A DNA stretch of 64,000 nucleotides, from the NCBI GenBank assembly GCA_000004695.1, contig CM000151.3, positions 4,096,001-4,160,000 of the forward strand. The letters are read 5' to 3'. Both the position numbers and the translations under genes were made by a program. Below the pieces are notes generated by a model. The model was given only the letters and a program-made list of their open reading frames with translations, did no database searches and was not told the origin of the DNA. This document shows positions 39,915-52,964 of the stretch, piece by piece. The stretch comes from Dictyostelium discoideum. Taxonomy: Eukaryota. Within the stretch, counting starts at the first letter, position 1. Each line of letters opens with the position of its first letter.

Positions 39915-41426
39915 TTTTTTATTTTTATTATTATTTTTATTGTTATTAATATTATAACTGGTTTCTCCTAAAAATAATAATACTACTACTACTACTTTTT
40001 TTACTACTACTAATAATGTTAGGTTTGAGCTTTCTTTTATTTAAACTTTGGGTTCTCTTACTACTAATTTTGTTGTTATTATTGATGATTTGAATTATAT
40101 TATTCTTTTTACTTTTTTCACTAAACATAATGCAGGGTTTTTTTAAGTTATAAAGTTTTTTTTTATTTATTTCTGTTATCTCTCTTTTTTTTTTTTTTTT
40201 TGTAATTTTTTTTTTTTTTTTGTGTGTGTTATCGTATTGCAATGTGCTACTCTTTTTGAATTTTTTATTTTTTTTATTTGTTTATTATTATTTTTTATTT
40301 TTTTGTGAGTGTGTGAATGTGGGAGTGAATCAAATTAATAAGAAGAATATTATTTAATTATTTTTTATTTATTTATTTTTTTTATTATTATTTATTATTT
40401 TTTTATTTTTTTTTATTTTTCTTTTTTTATTTTTTCTTTGTTTCTATAGAAAAAAAAAAAAAAAATTTTATTTTAATATTACTACTATTGTTAGTATTTA
40501 TTAAAATAACGTATTTAAGGATAAAAAAAAAAAGTTGCTTATATTAAAACACCTCTTTTATTATATTATTTTTTTTAGTATTATTATTATTATAATATTT
40601 TTTTTTTTTCTGTTTTCTCTATATTTTACTTCAAATAATATCTCTCTCGTTATTTGATGATGATTTAAATTGAAAAAAAAATAAAAAAATAAAAAAAAAA
40701 AAATAAAAAAAAATTAAATAAAAAATTTCAAATAAAATTAATTTTTTTTATTTTTTTTTTATTTTTATTTTTTTTTTTTTTTTATTGCTCAATGATTTTT
40801 TAATCACCAAAAAAAAAAAAAAAAAAAAAAAAGATATTTCGCCTTAAAAAGAAAGAAAATAACTGAGATTTGAAAGAATATTAACTTCAAAACAATTTAC
40901 TATATATTAACATTTTTTTATTTTTCTTTTTTATAATTTTATTTTTTTTTTTTTTTTTTATTTATACCAAAAATAATATTAAACAGTAATTATTTTTCCT
41001 CTTTTTAAAAAATTAAACATTAAACAATTAAAAAAATAATTTAGAGAAAAATAACCAAAAAAAATAAAATTTTAAATTAGATAAAATAATAAAAAAAATT
41101 AAAAAATAAAAATAAAATAAAAACAAAATATCTGAATTTTCAAAAAATAAGTTTGGATAAACACACATTCCCACCTGCAAATTTTTTAAAAATAAATGAA
41201 ATTGAACATCGAGTTTTCTTTTTTCTTTTTTTTTTTCATTTTAATTTTTTATTTTAAAAATAATATTTTCGTTCGCGAACAAAATAAAAAAAAAAGTAAA
41301 AAATAAAAAGAATTGAATAAAATAACAAAATAAGGAACATTCTATCTAATACTTTTAAAAATTTATAAATCAAGTAAATAATTAAAAAAAAGTAAATAAA
41401 TATTAAAAAGTAATAATACACAAACT

Positions 41427-42932
41427 ATGGATTATAATTCAGAATATGAAGGTTTTTCAGATAATGCCATTAGACTATTAAGGTAATTATAATTATATTT
41501 ATAATTATTTTTATTTATTTAATTTATTTAATTTATTTTCTAATAATAAATAAATAAATAAATAAATAAAAGTGCCCCAAAAGGTAATTCAAAATTAGCA
41601 ATGGCACATTTTATAGCAATGTCAGATTTATATAATTCAAAGAATAATCCAAATGGATATATTAGTTTAGGTATTGCAGAGAATGTATTATCATATGATA
41701 TATTGAAAGAGAAATTAATATTTGAAAGTGACGGCAATGATGGAAAAGAGATAATGGCAGCAGCAGCACCACTACAAAGTTTAACTCAATATAGTGAAAT
41801 AGGAGGTATACCACAATTAAGGGAATTAATAGCAAAAGAGTTATTACAAAATCAAATTTTCAAAGGGTACAAACCAACCAATGAAAAACTGTTGGTTAAA
41901 AAAGAGCAAATATTAATATCAGGTGGTGCAACACCATTATTAGAGAACATTTTCAATTTATTTTGTAATCAAGATGAAAAGTGTATTATACCATCGCCAT
42001 TTTATCCATCATTCGTCTATGACGCATATCAAAGATTTGGTGTAAAAGTTATCGCTGCAAAATCGGAAATTTTCAAAGACCCACTCAATAAAGGTACTAG
42101 TGAAATCATAGATTTCAAATTAGATTTAAAAGAATTTGAATCACTATACAACCAAGGTGGTGTTAAAATGGTACTACTCTGTAACCCAAACAATCCAACA
42201 GGTTACATCTTTAAACCAAGTGAAATTAAAGAACTAGTTAAATGGTGTAGAAATAAAAAAATTCATTTTGTTAGTGATGAAATTTATGCATTGTCAGTAT
42301 TTGGTAGTGAAGATGGTAGTGATGGTGGTAATGAATTTAAAAGTATTTACGAAATACTTGAAGGTGATTTAGGAGAATATGTACATGTGTTGAATGGATT
42401 TAGTAAGGATTTCTGTTTGAATGGTTATAGAATCGGTTATTTCTATTCACAGAATGAGACGGTTTTTAGATACATGTTATCTACAAGTGCATTTTATAGT
42501 TGTTCAAATATCGCTCAATATACTGCTATCAACATTTTAAAAGACAGAGAATACTTGGAACGATTCATTAAAACAAATCAATCAAATTTAAAAGAATCTT
42601 ATGAATTTGCTTCAAATTTATTAAACCAATATTCAATTCCATTCATTAAATCATCAAGTGGTGTCTTCCTATCATTGGATTTACGTGCTTGTTTAAAATA
42701 TTTACCAAATGATACTACTACTGATGACGATCAAGATAATACTGATCCATTCTCAAAAGAAATTAAATTGTGGGAAGAAATTTTCAAAAATAAAGTTTTC
42801 TTAAATAGTGGTAAACTATGTTATTTTGAAAAACCTGGTTTCTTTAGACTAGTTTTCACTCTACCAAAAGATTTCATTGAACAAGGTATTAAAAGAATTG
42901 CTCAAGTTTATAATTCATTATTAAATAAATAA
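41427..42932 (+). CDS. ACC-synthase-like class-I aminotransferase (PLP-dependent), 471 aa. Exons 41427..41482 and 41573..42932.
   Basis: ACS-family N-terminal motif NPNGYISLGIAENVL. Class I and II aminotransferase fold …SGGATPLL…MVLLCNPNNPTGY…VSDEIYALSVFG. Donor TTAAG|GTAATT, acceptor ataaaag|T, frame conserved. Confidence 0.75.
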
Positions 42933-43226
42933 ATAAATAAATAAAAATAAACATATACAACACACACTATTTAATTATACTTTATTGATGGTGATGGTGA
43001 TGATGATGATGATGGTAATGGTGATGTTTTCAAGTTTATAACTCATTATTAAATAAAAAAATAAAACATATAGGACACACTATTTTTATTAATAATAGAA
43101 ATTTATTTAATTTTGTTTAATTGATTTTTGAAGTTTATGATATAAAATAAAATTTAATATAAATTTTGAATGAGTTTTGTAATTATATTTTATTGGTGGT
43201 GATGGTGGTGATGTTGGTACGGTGTT

Positions 43227-45041
43227 TTAATAAGCATCATAAGCATTTTCAACGATTAATTTAGCTTGAGCAACTATTTCTGGATTAACAGTATAGTCAG
43301 CTTGTTGACCATTAATTTGACGAATAACTTCTTGTTCTAATTCAGAAGTGATTTCAAAAGCAGCTTCTGCCAAATCTTGGTTTTCAATTTCTTCTGGAAC
43401 CAATTGACGTTTAGAAACACCTAATCTGGCGAATAAACCTGGGTTTTCAGCATCTTCTTGATTATTACCATTTAAACCAAGACCAATATCAAGACCTAAT
43501 AAATCATTAGTATTTTCTTTTTCTTGTCTTGATTTTCTACCTTGTCTACCTTGTTTTGATTTTCTTGATTTTCTTGATTGACTTTCTTCAACTTTCTTAT
43601 TAACATTGTTTTCATTTTGATTTTGTTCTTGATTAGCATCATTCACTTGATTATCACCATTTTCTTGATTATCTTTGTTTTCTTGATTAGCTTTGTTTTC
43701 TTGATTAGCTTTGTTTTCTTGGTTTTGTTTGTTGGCAACGTTTACATCAGTTTGAATTGCAGCAGATTGTTTAGAGTTTTCACTTTGTTTTTGTGCAGCA
43801 TTATTTCCAATTTCAATACTTAGAATTGATTTATTGTTGTTTTTTTCTTGTTGATTTTGTTGAGCTTGTTGGTTTTGTTGAGCTTGTTGAGCTTGTGGAT
43901 TTTGTTGAGCTTGTTGATTTTGTTGAGCTTGTTGATTTTGTTGAGCTTGTTGATTTTGTTGAGCTTGTTGATTTTGTTGAGCTTGTTGATTTTGTTGAGC
44001 TTGTTGATTTTGTTGAGCTTGTTGATTTTGTTGAGCTTGTTGATTTTGTTGAGCTTGTTGAGCTTGTTGAGCTTGTTGAGCTTGTTGATTTTGTTGTTGG
44101 TTTTGTTGAGCTTGTTGTTGATTTTTTTGTTGTTGATTTTCTTGTTGATTTTGTTGTTGTTGTTGATTTTGTTGATTTTGTTGTTGATTTTGTTGACCCA
44201 AACCAACTTCAATGTTTAAAATTGATTTGTTACTATTTTGTTTTTGGTTATTTTGTTTATTCAACTCTTCTTGTTGTTGATTATTTTGTTGATTCAATTT
44301 TTCTTGTTGTTCATTCTTTTGTTGACTCAATTGTTCTTGGTTTATTTCTTGTTTTTCATTTTGTTCTTGTTTTTCATTCACTTCTTGTTTTTCGTTCACT
44401 TCTTGTTTTTCATTCACTTCTTGTTTTTCATTCAATTCTTGTTTTTCATTCACTTCTTGTTTTTCATTCACTTCTTGTTTTTCATTCACTTCTTGTTTTT
44501 CATTTTGTTCTTGTTTTTCATTTTGTTCTTGTTGAATTTTGCTTTGATTATTTTTATTTTCTTGATTGTTTTCTTGATTGTTTTCTTGATTGTTTTCTTG
44601 GTTTTTTTCTTGATTGTTTTCTTGGTTTTTTTCTTGATTGTTTTCTTGATTGTTTTCTTGATTTTCTTGATTAAGTTCCATTTCTAGATCTTGGAAATTA
44701 TGAGTGGCTTCAATTTGTTTAATTTCTTTATCCAAGTTATTTTCTTGTTCATTTTCATAATTGTAACCTTCATTCCATTTTTTATTAACGATTGACCATT
44801 CTGGATTTTGTTCATTATGATTTTCATCAAGGACCATTAAATGGAACATGTTCTTCCATTCATCAACGTATTCTTCCATTGATGCCAATCTATTATAGAT
44901 TGATTGTTGATATGGATTCAATTGAGTTTGGTCAATATTTTCAAACCATTTTTGTAATTTAACATCAGTAGTGGCACACTAGGAAAAAGAAAAAAAAAAG
45001 AAAAAAAAAAAGAATAAAAAAAAGAAAATTAATTTTAATAA

Positions 45042-45076
<35 letters not shown>

Positions 45077-45170
45077 GTTTTTAAAATAATAAAAAATAAT
45101 ATGAATTTGTTATACTTACAGCTACATTCACAGCCAAACAACCTACTAATAAAGCTTTAAGTAATCTCAT
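43227..45170 (-). CDS. Secreted acidic Q/N/E-rich tandem-repeat protein, ~600 aa. Exons 45170..45120 and 44978..43227.
   Basis: Exon 1 encodes the signal peptide MRLLKALLVGCLAVNVA, ending at the donor GCT|GTAAGT. Acceptor cctag|TGT. Repeat arrays (EVNEKQ)n, (QQNQQAQ)n and (NQENKA)n are encoded by 18- and 24-bp DNA tandem repeats. Confidence 0.6.
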
Positions 45171-46215
45171 TTTATTAATAATTTAATTTATTTTTTTAGA
45201 AAAAAAAAAAAAGGAATGATACAAATTGTACAATTACTATTATTTTATAATATTATTAATATTATTTTAATGGAAACTTGATACTAGATAAACCAAAAGT
45301 CAAAGTAAAAAAAAGAAAAAATTATTAAATAGTAAAAAAAAAAAAAAAAAAAAATTAAATTAATTATAATAAAGAAAAAAAAAAAAAATGAATAAAAAAA
45401 TTAATATGAATTATATATATAACAAAAAAAAAAAAAAAAAAAAAAAACTCCCACTAAACACACTAATTATATTGCAATGGTATATTTAACAAAAAAAAAA
45501 AAAAAAAAAAAATTATAATAATAAAATTATTTAAATTATTGTCATATTCACAGTCTACTAAAAATTAAATCAACACTCACATATACATTCACACATTTAC
45601 AAAAAAAAAAAAAAAAAAAAAAAAATTATTTTACACATTAATAATACACCCAAACACTCCCACTAAAAATGCAATGGTGTGTTTTTCACTACCGGCATAT
45701 TTAAATTAAAAAAAATAACAATAATAAAAACTAACACCCAGAATGAATTAAGAAAATTTACAAAATTTTTTTAATTTTTTACACAATAATTGCCAAAAGA
45801 ATCAAATAAATTAAAAAAAAAAAATAAATAAAAAATCAATAACCAATGGTCATTGGAAGAGAGATAACTAAAAATAGAAAAAAGAAGTAAAAAAAAATTT
45901 AAAAAAATAAATTAAATAAAAAATAATTTTGTGATGTAATTTACATTTTTTTTTTTTAATTATTTTTTTTAATTATTTTTTATTATTGTAAAGTAGTTAA
46001 TTGATAAAAAAAATTAATTAAAGTGAAAATAAAATTATATAAAACGAAAAAAAAAGAAATAAACATTAATGGGTCTAAATGTGACATATCACCATATTTT
46101 TTTTTTTTTTTTTTTTTAATTAATTTTTTAAATATTAGTATTTTGTTTTGTTTAGATAATTTTTTATTTTTTTTTTTTTTTTTTATTTTTTTTTATTTTT
46201 TTTTATTTTTTTTTA

Positions 46216-46464
46216 TTATTTTTTATTTTTTTTTATTTTTTTTTTATACATACAATAAATTCTTTTTTCAGTAGAAGTAGCAAAAAATAGACAAGTTTCA
46301 GATTCAATTTTAAGTTGAGCTCTATGATAAATATCTAATAGAAAGGGTTTCTTTTTATTAAGTTCTGCCATTGATCTTTCTTTAATTTCTTTAATTTCTC
46401 TTATTTCTCTATCTTTATATTCTTGAATTGCTTTTAAATATTCCACATTTGACATTCTATTCAT
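46216..46464 (-). CDS. Small protein, paralogue 1, first exon. Charged coiled-coil N-terminus; a downstream exon is probable.
   Basis: MNRMSNVEYLKAIQEYKDREIREIKEIKERSMAELNKKKPFLLDIYHRAQLKIESETCLFFATSTEKRIY. Conservation with the paralogue at 47227..47496 ends exactly at a shared GTATGT donor. A candidate second exon (acceptor cacatttag|AC ~46075) would add a hydrophobic tail, YPLMFISFFFVLYNFIFTLINFFYQLTTLQ. Confidence 0.4.
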   Translation of the reverse strand: MNRMSNVEYLKAIQEYKDREIREIKEIKERSMAELNKKKPFLLDIYHRAQLKIESETCLFFATSTEKRIYCMYKKKIKKNKK

Positions 46465-47114
46465 TTTTTTCTTAATTTATTTATTTATTTTTATTTGATT
46501 ATTTATTTTTTTTTAAAAAATTTATTTATTTTAATTTTTTTTTTATTTGTTTATTTATTTTTGTTTTTATTAAAATTACGTAATTTAAGTATAAATAAAT
46601 TAAATTTTATTTTTATATTAAACTGGGTATTTGATTAAAAATAAAAATAAAAAAAAAAAATTATTTGAAAAAATAAATTAAAAAAAAAAAAAACCATTTA
46701 AAATATTTTAAATCTTTTCCCAGAGAAACAGAAAAAAAAACCAAACCAGGAATTTTATTATTCACGAATGATAGGATTTTGTCGACAGAATAAAAATAGT
46801 AAGAAAATGTGAAAATAATAAATGTTAACCTTTCGACAAAGTAGCAAAATAGTTAAAAAAAAAAATAAAAAATAAAAAAAAAAAAAAATAAAAAATAAAA
46901 AACAAAAAATAAAATAAAATAAAAAAAAAAAACTCTGATCAAAACAAAAATATTTTTTTTTTATTTTTTTTATTTTTTTTTTTTTATTTATTTATTTATT
47001 TAATTTATATTATTACAAAAAGGATTTAAGTAAAATGTTTAAAAAATTATAAGCACTAAAAATACATAAAATAAAGAATAATATGTCTGTATTATTATTA
47101 TTATTATTTCATTT

Positions 47115-47146
<32 letters not shown>

Positions 47147-47226
47147 GGCACCAGTATTAGTAAAAATTTTATTATTATTATTATTAAAATTATTATTATT
47201 TTTTATTATCATTATTACTATTACTA

Positions 47227-47496
47227 TTATTGTTTTTTTTTTTTTTGATTAAAAAAAAAAAAAAAAAAAATCAAAATTATACACATACAGTAAACACTTT
47301 TTTCTTGTGTAGTACCAAAATATACACCAGTTTCGGCATCTATTTTAAGTTGGAATCTATTTATTCTATCTAAAAGTGATTTCTTTTTATTAAGTTCAGC
47401 AAGAGATTTCTCTTTAATTTCTTTAATTTCCTTAACTTCTCTTTCTTTATATTCTTTAATTTCTTGTCTATATGAGGAATTTGACATTTTATTCAT
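47227..47496 (-). CDS. Small protein, paralogue 2, first exon
   Basis: MNKMSNSSYRQEIKEYKEREVKEIKEIKEKSLAELNKKKSLLDRINRFQLKIDAETGVYFGTTQEKSVY is ~55% identical to paralogue 1. Same GTATGT donor position. Confidence 0.4.
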   Translation of the reverse strand: MNKMSNSSYRQEIKEYKEREVKEIKEIKEKSLAELNKKKSLLDRINRFQLKIDAETGVYFGTTQEKSVYCMCIILIFFFFFFNQKKKKQ

Positions 47497-48031
47497 TTTA
47501 TTATTTTATATAATTTAATTATTTATTTGAAATTTTATCAAAAACACTTTATTATATTATTATTATACAGGTCGGGGTTTATATATATATATATATGTAC
47601 CGGTGACTGGTAATTATGGCTATCACTTATAAAAAGCCTGTGTGATTATTTACAGTCTGTTTTTGAAAAAAAAAGAAAAAAAAAAAAAAAAAATGAAAAA
47701 ATAAAAAAAAAAAAAAAAATAAAAATAAAAATAAAAAAAAATAAAATTTGTAAAAATCTAATGGAAGACATAACATTGCTTTAAAATTTAAACAGTAACC
47801 TTATAACATGCACCAACCAAAAAAAGATTTCTTTTTTTTTTTTTTATAACAAATCAGGAAATTTTAAAAATTTTTTTTTTTTTTTTTTGTTTTATTTTTG
47901 ATTTGTTTTGATTTTTTTGTTTGATGTTTTTATTTGCACTATTATTCTTTCTCTGTTTTTTTTTTTTTTTTTTTTTTTGTTTGATTTGTGTGTACTTTTA
48001 CTTAATTTTTTTTTTTTTCTTTTCTCTTTTT

Positions 48032-48584
48032 TTAAGCATGATTTACAGAAGAAGCAGTATTACTACCACCATTTACATTTAATTGACCTTGAGATTTTCT
48101 AAAAGATTCTTTTTCAGATAATTTTGAACTGATATGTTGAACGATTAGATCTATGGCAACTACATTATCAGCACCTCTTGGAATAATGACATCGGCATGT
48201 TTCTTGGTTGGAAGGATATAGTCATCGAAAGCAGGTTTAACAAATTTTTCGTATTGATATAAAACACCCTCGAGACTACGACCTCTTTCAGCGATATCTC
48301 TCATAACACGACGAGATAAACGAGTATCAGAATCTGTGTCGACAAAGATCTTAATATCCATTTGCTCTCTCAACGATTGTGTATAGAATGATAAAATACC
48401 TTCGAATAAAATAACATCAACATCACCTAATCCTACTGTTTCTTCTAAACGTGAATGACTCTTGAAACAATATGTTGGAATTTCAATATCTTTACCATCT
48501 TTTAAATCTCTTAATGCATTTTCAACTAATGACCAATCAAAAGCATCTTAATAGTTTTTAAAAATAAAAAATTAAAAAATTAAT

Positions 48585-48620
<36 letters not shown>

Positions 48621-48859
48621 TGTGCTAGCTAGAATCGCTTACCTGGATGATCAAAGTTATAACTTGCAACAGTTTCTCTATCTTCTTTTGATAATGGTCT
48701 ATAGAAAGAATCTAAACAAATTATGGCAATTCTTTTATTTTCTAAACGTTTCATAATTTCGTCACATACTGTGGTTTTACCTGATGCTGTTCCACCAGTG
48801 ACACCAATGATGAATGGATGTTTACTATGACTGGTATTGTTGTTTTCCATATATTTCAT
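48032..48859 (-). CDS. Uridine-cytidine kinase, 243 aa. Exons 48859..48643 and 48546..48032.
   Basis: Aligns with human UCK2. P-loop [95 protein letters not shown]. Donor CCAG|GTAAGC, acceptor tattaag|AT, frame conserved. Confidence 0.85.
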
Positions 48860-49106
48860 TTTCTAAAAAAGTGTGAATGATGATGTGTAACAAAAAAAAA
48901 AAAAAAATTATTTTAAAAAAAAAAAAGAAAAAATAATTTTTTGTAACAAAACTAAATTAATAGTAATAATTGCAAAAAAAACAAATAAAACAAACAAAAC
49001 GAAAAATGAAAAAAAAAAAAAAAAAAAAAAATTTAACTTATCGTTTTATTTTTTTTAAAATTTTTTTGAATGAAATGAAACCACAAGAAATAATTTTGGA
49101 AGATTT

Positions 49107-49142
<36 letters not shown>

Positions 49143-50071
49143 AAAAAAAAAAAACAAAAATGGATTGAATTAATTAATAGAATATATATTATTAATAAAT
49201 AAATAAATAAATAAATAGATAAATAAATCAAAAATAACAAAACAAAACAATTTTGGAATATATTTATATAATTATATAAAAAACAAAAACTATTTACAAA
49301 AAATAATTAAACCGATTGTAACTTTTTAATTGAAAAAAAAAAAAAATAAAAAAATAAAAAAAAAGATATTTTTATTAATATTAATAGAATTGATGTTTTT
49401 ATTACTAAAATTATTATTTTAATAATATTAATAAAAAAAAAAAAAAAAATAAAAAAATAAAAAAAAAATGTTTTAAAAAAAAAAATAAAAAAAAAAAAAA
49501 AAAAATAAATAAAATAAATTAAATGTATCACCCAAAAAAAAAAGGTTTATTTTTATTTTTTTATTTTTTTATTTTTATAATTTTATTTATTTTTTTTTTT
49601 TGTTTTTGGTTATAAATATTAATTTTGTATATTTTTTTTTTTTTTTTTTTTTTTACTTTTAAATCAAATAAAGTATTCTCTTCATTTAAAATTATTATGA
49701 AAAATACTAGGCATCTTATTTTTTTATTTTTTTTTTTTATAATTTTGATTAATATTTTTTTTTTATTTAAAATTATTATGATTATTTTTTTATACACATC
49801 TGTTGTGTTATAATTTATTCTCAATTTGAATTGTTGTTTTTGATTTTATAATAATAAAAAAATTATTACTATTTTATTTTTTTATCTTATTTTTTATTTT
49901 TATTTTTTATTTTTATGGTTTTGGTAAAAATAGTCCTTAAAAAGAGAAATTCAAAATATCCAAAAATTGTTTTTTTTTAATATATCTGAAAAAGTCAAAA
50001 ATATTTTTTTTTTTTTTTATTTTTTAATTTTTTAAATTATTGAAAAAAACACATACCAGGAATATAGTTTT

Positions 50072-50104
<33 letters not shown>

Positions 50105-50330
50105 ATTTTTTATTTTAATTTGTTTTTTTATTATATATATATATATATTATATTGCATTATATTGAATTGTTTTAAATATATATTTTTTTTTTTTTGATT
50201 TTTAAATTAATTTTTATTTTTTTTATTTTTTTTATTTTTTTATTTTTTTAATTTTATTTTTTTTTTTGTGAAATTAATATATTTCAAATTCAAAAATAAA
50301 ATAAAAAAAAAAAAAAAAAACTTTTAACTA

Positions 50331-52870
50331 ATGGATCAAAGTTCAGAAAAAGAACTAGAGAAATATATTAATAATAGGGTGCAATGGGATTCATTACCAT
50401 CACATGCAAAATCAATATTAGACCAATCACATGTAAAATATAAACAATACTGTTTAAAATATAGTATCAAACATCAATTGAGATGGGATACAAATTTAAT
50501 TAGTAGTTTTGTTACTGATGAAAGATTATATTATCAAGAAATTGTTAGATTATCGGTTGCAAATTTAGTTGTATGTATTTAATATTGTTATTATTGAATA
50601 TATATATATAAATACTAACACATACACATATAAATAAAATAGTTATATCCATATCATATTCAAGATAAATTAGTACCAATGTTAAATGTTACACCATTTA
50701 AATATTATTTAATAATGATGATTGAAACAATGACAAATTGTAAGTAATATCTATATATATATATATATAATATATAAAATATTAAAAAATATAAATATAT
50801 TAATATGTATTGTTTAAAAAAAAAAAAAAAAAAAGCAAAATCATATGATGAAATACCAAATTTTACAGCAGTTGATTGTATAAGAGTATTAGGAATTGGT
50901 AGAAATCAATTTATAGATTTAATGAATAAATTTAGATCAAAAGGATTTTTATTTAAAAAGAAAAAAGATGTTATTAGAGGTTTATTACCAACAAGATCAT
51001 TAGAGAAGAATATTGAATATTGGTGGATACTTAGATACGGTTATCCAAATCAAGATGAGGAAAGACAGGGATCATTACCAGCTAGTGAATTGGAGGTATT
51101 GGATGATCTAAAGAGATCCAATGGTATCAATGGTAAACAAGCTGGTATCTATTGTAGAGAATCTGTGATATCATTGATTTCCAAAGGACTGGTTTACATT
51201 GATGTACCCATTCAAAATCAAGATACAATCTCTGTACCACCTTTGGAAGGATTTGTTATGAATAGAGTTTTAGGTGACTATTTCGAGAATTTACTCTACA
51301 AAATATTCGTATCAATTGATGAACGTACAACAATTCAAAAGTTATCAGAAGTTTTACAAATTAATGTTGAATTGGTTAAACAAGCATGTTCACTATATTG
51401 TAGATTAGGTTTTGCAAAGAAAAAGAATTTAGAACCATTATTACCACAAACACCATCACCATCATCAGAAGGTGATACACATTCAAAATGGCATCATTCT
51501 TGGATAACTTATTATCAAGAAAATGAAACTATAATACCACAACCAATTTTAAATAATAATAATAATAATAGTAATACAATTGATAATAGTAATAATAATA
51601 ATAATAATAATACAAATATAACATCATCAAGTAGTAGTAATACAGCAATTAATAACTCATCACAATCATCTACATTAGAGAATAATGATAATATTGTTGA
51701 AGGTGTAGTTGATGAATCATTTAATAATGGTAATGAGGAACAAAAAAGAATTGGATTTGTATTTGATAGTAGTATAACGGCATTTTTAATGATGGGTAAT
51801 TTAGGATATGGTTTAAAGAATCATGCAGTTACAATGTTTGAACGTGGTAAATTATCAAATGAAGCATTGGCTGATTTCTTACAAGAACTTGATAAAATTG
51901 ATGTAGAAGAGTTTGTAGATTCTGAAGCTAAATTATATGCAACAAATGCAATCTCTTTAAGAGATACAATTAGACATTTAAAAAATAAATATCGTATTGA
52001 TGATAGTAATAGTAGTAATAGTAATAGTAGTAGTGGTGGTGGTAGTGGTAATTTACAAGGTTTAGATTTAATTAGTTGTGAAAGAATGAATCAATTGGAT
52101 GAAACAACTAGAATTAGAGTTTTAAAAAAGAATTATTCTGTACTGATTTCAATGGCACCATTATCAATTGATTATTGTCCAGTTATTAGTTCTGTACCAC
52201 CAAATTTTGGACCGGCAGTTTATGAAGTTCATTCATTTTGGTTTAGAATTTATTTGTATAGTATGGTTGGTAAAGGCCCAAATTCTATCCTCTTACCAAA
52301 GGGTACAAGATTGAAAAGAATTCCAACCATTTTCAAAGATTGCGAGAAAATACTAGTTTGTCCAATAGATCATGATCCAACAACTGTAAACTTGTCACAA
52401 TTGTTACCATCTGTAAATGAAACTTTATTATCTTCACCAGTGTTATTATCAGCTTATACCTTTATCAAATATGATACTCAACCAAAGTTATCAAAGTTAA
52501 TGAGTCATAGTCGTTCAAATAGTATAGTATCATCTTCAAAAGATAATCAATTACTCTATCATATTCCTTTCCCATTGGATGATTTATCAGCTGATAATGG
52601 TTCACCTAAAAAATATACAAATATTATAACTAATAATACAACAACAACAACAACAACTACTACTACTACAAATACTACAAATTTAAATAATAATACTATT
52701 ATAAGTGAAGATCAATATAATTCAGATAATATTCATACTCATCCAATACTTTATAAAATTCAATCTACTTTTAATTTAAAAAATTCTTTTGGCTATATTA
52801 CATTATTAAAAAAAGAAACTCATATTTTATTAAATAATAATAATAATAATAATAATAAAAATAATATTAA

Positions 52871-52964
<94 letters not shown>

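Noticed and set aside
43578-44687. Several plus- and minus-strand ORFs (LLSLL…, FVELVD…, NKLNKIN…) overlapping the secreted repeat-protein gene
   Set aside because: Alternative frames of 18- and 24-bp tandem repeats. Only the minus-strand frame has a signal-peptide exon, a splice junction and a unique C-terminus.
49307-49824. ORFs 49307..49531 (-), 49561..49824 (-) and 49625..49813 (+)
   Set aside because: Poly-F/poly-K translations of intergenic poly(T)/poly(A).
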